A stretch of DNA of 32,000 nucleotides. Origin: Bellilinea caldifistulae (lineage in GTDB: Bacteria; Chloroflexota; Anaerolineae; Anaerolineales; Anaerolineaceae). Shown one piece after another: positions 29,986-32,000 of this stretch (position 1 is the stretch's first letter; each line of letters opens with the position of its first letter). The position numbers and the translations under genes were made by a program. The stretch lies in contig NZ_LGHJ01000015.1 of the NCBI RefSeq assembly GCF_001306055.1, positions 109,518-141,517 on the forward strand, read 5' to 3'. Under the pieces are notes generated by a model. It searched no databases. It was not told the DNA's origin and saw only the letters and a program-made list of their open reading frames with translations.

Positions 29986-31278
29986 TCAGCGGATCTGCCA
30001 GCGGATATCGGTCACCCAGCGCAGGACTTGCTGAGCCGTGCGCGGGTCTTGATTCAGCCAGTCGTACAACTGCGACCAGCCCTCATCGGGGGTGTTGTCA
30101 AGAGTGGCGCATTCTGCGGATTTCTTCTGCTGACACGACTGGAACTGGGTCATCGCCCCGGCAAAGGTCATCTTGCCGCCTTTGTAAAGCGCGCCGTACA
30201 GGCTGACGGCCTGCCACTGGCGGGCGAGATAGCCGTCATTGCGGTAAATTTCCGGCAGCGGCAGGGCCGGCGGGGCGCCCCACGAAACGTAATAGACATC
30301 CCCCTGACTCCAATCCATTACCACATTGTTGGCATCGCGGGTGGTCGAAAACACCCAACTCAGGCTTGGGGTGATCGGGCAGCCGACGCACGCGCCGTAA
30401 TTGAGGTACATCTCCCGGCCGCGGCTGTTGGCGTTGAAGCCTTCCACCCATCCGCCGGTGACATAGGGGGTATTCCACCAGTATCTGCCGTCCGATTCGC
30501 GTCCGGCCCACTCGATATCCAGCGCGCCCATCACCCACAGGCGGCTGGCGTAGCCGCTGGCGCGGATCCACTCGTTCAGGTTGTAGGTGGTATCCGCAAA
30601 GCGCTGGCCGAAGGCGTAAGCGGTCTGGCGCAGTGCGGCCTGATCGGCTGAGAACTTGTTGATGTCGTTGTCAATGTTCATGTCGTCGTAGTTGTTGCTG
30701 CCGATGCCGAGCGCCAGCAGCGAGATGCCGTCGCTGCACCAGCGGTAACCCAGCAGATACTGTTGCGCCAGTTCTTCCACCCGCTTAAAGGTCAGGTTGG
30801 TGCGCGTGCCGGTGCTGGGATTGGTGTAGGTGCGCAGGTAATATTCGTTTCCCACCTTCCACATCTTGCCGAACGCCAAAACCACCAGGTTATCCTGCTG
30901 GCCGGGCAGGTTCTGGTCGCGCTGGCCCTGGGCGCAACCCAAATTGAACAGTTCGGGGTCAGTGGGGTTCTGGATATAAATGCTGGTTGCGTAAGGCGGC
31001 GCGGGTGGCAGGTCGTAGCGGCTAATTAACGGCAAAAATAGGAAACTTTGCGGTGAGAACGTTATTTCTGGCGTGTTGGTCGGCGTGCTGAGCGGCGGCA
31101 GTAGCGGCTTGGGTGTTGGCGTGGGGGGGGGCGGGTAGTCGCGCAGCACCAGCGGGAGGTAAAGCGGTGGTTGCTCCTGACCAAAGACCAGCGCGGCTGG
31201 CATCAGCAGCCCGGCCAGCACGATGAAGAGGATTATCCCCCGAAAAAATGGTTTTCGGAATGGCGAATGGATTTTCAT
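29986..31278 (-). CDS. Hypothetical secreted protein (signal peptide, Pro/Thr linker, ~330-aa unknown domain)
   Basis: 'RGIILFIVLAGLLMPAALVFG' signal/anchor, 'PPPPTPTPKPLLPPLSTPTNTPE' linker, and a Trp/Tyr-rich globular C-terminal region. The antisense ORF 29746..30651 is Ala/Gly/Arg junk. Confidence 0.7.
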   Translation of the reverse strand: MKIHSPFRKPFFRGIILFIVLAGLLMPAALVFGQEQPPLYLPLVLRDYPPPPTPTPKPLLPPLSTPTNTPEITFSPQSFLFLPLISRYDLPPAPPYATSIYIQNPTDPELFNLGCAQGQRDQNLPGQQDNLVVLAFGKMWKVGNEYYLRTYTNPSTGTRTNLTFKRVEELAQQYLLGYRWCSDGISLLALGIGSNNYDDMNIDNDINKFSADQAALRQTAYAFGQRFADTTYNLNEWIRASGYASRLWVMGALDIEWAGRESDGRYWWNTPYVTGGWVEGFNANSRGREMYLNYGACVGCPITPSLSWVFSTTRDANNVVMDWSQGDVYYVSWGAPPALPLPEIYRNDGYLARQWQAVSLYGALYKGGKMTFAGAMTQFQSCQQKKSAECATLDNTPDEGWSQLYDWLNQDPRTAQQVLRWVTDIRWQIR

Positions 31279-31373
31279 TGACGATAAAGAATTTTTTTAC
31301 AGGTCAGGAGGGGTAGGACGCGCTGATGGGTGCAAGAAGCATACCATGAGCGGTTGAGACAAGTCAAGCCCTC

Positions 31374-31497
31374 GCCTCCGCAGCGGCTTTGGGGGAGATT
31401 GCCGCGCTCGCTTGCGCTCGCTCGCAATGACGTTTACAAAGTTGATCTCTCCCACCCTGCCTCCGCAGCGGCTTTGGGGGAGATTGCCACGCTCGCT
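31374..31497 (+). repeat. Two 39-nt direct repeats (1 mismatch) of the same interspersed family
   Basis: GCCTCCGCAGCGGCTTTGGGGGAGATTGCC[G/A]CGCTCGCT at 31374-31412 and 31459-31497. The first copy continues 'TGCGCTCGCTCGCAATGAC', as at 29150-29167. Confidence 0.9.
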
Positions 31498-31563
31498 GTG
31501 GGGGAGCAGGGAGAAAAACTAGATGATTGAAAGCAAGGGCAATGGCTTACCCTGAAACACTTA

Positions 31564-31599
31564 GTTTCGATAAATCGTCTCAGAACAACGGATTGAAAC
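31564..31599 (+). other. Solitary 36-nt sequence with CRISPR-repeat-like termini (GTTTC...GGATTGAAAC)
   Basis: GTTTCGATAAATCGTCTCAGAACAACGGATTGAAAC. Only one copy occurs in the window and no cas genes are visible. The resemblance rests on length and termini only. Confidence 0.2.
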
Positions 31600-31666
31600 T
31601 AACACAAAGCAGCAAGCAACCATTCAACCACCGCCGTAAGTGAATAAAGTAGATCGTAGTGATTCA

Positions 31667-32000
31667 CCTGGCCACCAGTCGTGATTCATGCCACAGTCAG
31701 CCTGGCCACCGCAGTCAGCCTGGCCACCAGTCGTGAATCATGCCACAGTCAGCCTGGCCACCAGTCGTGATTCATGCCACAGTCAGCCTGGCCACCGCAG
31801 TCAGCCTGGCCACCAGTCGTGAATCATGCCACAGTCAGCCTGGCCACCAGTCGTGATTCATGCCACAGTCAGCCTGGCCACCGCAGTCAGCCTGGCCACC
31901 AGTCGTGAATCATGCCACAGTCAGCCTGGCCACCAGTCGTGATTCATGCCACAGTCAGCCTGGCCACCGCAGTCAGCCTGGCCACCAGTCGTGAATCATG
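31667..32000. repeat. Perfect non-coding higher-order tandem repeat, 86-nt period (34+18+34), 3.9 copies, truncated by the window end
   Basis: Sub-units are A=CCTGGCCACCAGTCGTGATTCATGCCACAGTCAG, B=CCTGGCCACCGCAGTCAG, and C=A with GATTC changed to GAATC. A-B-C starts at 31667, 31753, 31839 and 31925, with no mismatches between periods. Confidence 0.97.

Noticed and set aside
28414-30651. ORF 28414..29169 (minus strand) and ORF 29746..30651 (plus strand)
   Set aside because: They are antisense to the GGDEF domain and to the secreted-protein operon respectively. Both have shadow-ORF composition and cross the repeat element or gene boundaries.
31330-31530. 66-aa ORF
   Set aside because: It reads straight through two copies of the interspersed repeat ('PPQRLWGRLPRSLALARND'). 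This is the typical spurious translation of REP-like elements. There is no SD.
31667-32000. Tandem array considered as a CRISPR array
   Set aside because: The conserved core is only 17 nt. The intervening segments are 1 nt or 17 nt and are themselves repeated identically, so there are no unique spacers. No cas genes are in the window.
1-32000. Looked for mobile elements, prophage genes, toxin-antitoxin pairs, known defence systems, rRNA and tRNA
   Set aside because: I recognised no transposase, integrase, recombinase, phage structural, cas or restriction motifs in any frame. No tRNA-like T-arm (GGTTCGAAT-type) sequences were seen.

Overview
Gene-dense, high-GC bacterial chromosomal window (GC judged by eye, not computed). 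I call 23 protein-coding genes across both strands. I found no rRNA, tRNA, transposase, integrase or bona fide CRISPR array. Thr/Pro 'PTPT' linkers, Tad-type pseudopilins and many large secreted multidomain proteins suggest a Chloroflexota (Anaerolineae-like) genome; this is inference only.

Gene order:
- Tail of a Tad-pilus-like cluster: a vWA/TadG-like protein and a TadE-like pseudopilin fused to PA14.
- CPBP protease, AlaX editing protein, small LuxR regulator, TauE/SafE permease.
- Minus-strand ICMT-like methyltransferase and ComEC.
- DUF429 protein and gluconokinase.
- An unrecognisable Cys- and Pro-rich 719-aa orphan, then a secreted FG-GAP propeller.
- HhH protein, then a lipoprotein / 82-aa protein / membrane alpha-beta hydrolase operon.
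- Zn-ADH and a MalT-like STAND regulator.
- YfhO-like membrane protein, a secreted sugar-binding-like protein and a 7TM-PAS-GAF3-GGDEF sensor.
- Two unknown secreted proteins.

Most unusual signals:
1. A perfect non-coding higher-order tandem array (86-nt unit, 34+18+34) that runs off the 3' end, next to a solitary CRISPR-repeat-like 36-mer.
2. The orphan 719-aa protein, with a palindrome in its leader.
3. The pseudopilin-PA14 fusion, with a ~170-residue (Thr-X)n tail.
4. An 'LYLP[LIF][VI]xR' motif just after the signal peptide of three unrelated secreted proteins.
5. Several genes whose start codon lies 6-8 nt after a TAAAAT -10 box, suggesting leaderless mRNAs.
6. A REP-like palindromic repeat family.

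All functional calls rest on motif recognition by eye; no searches were run.
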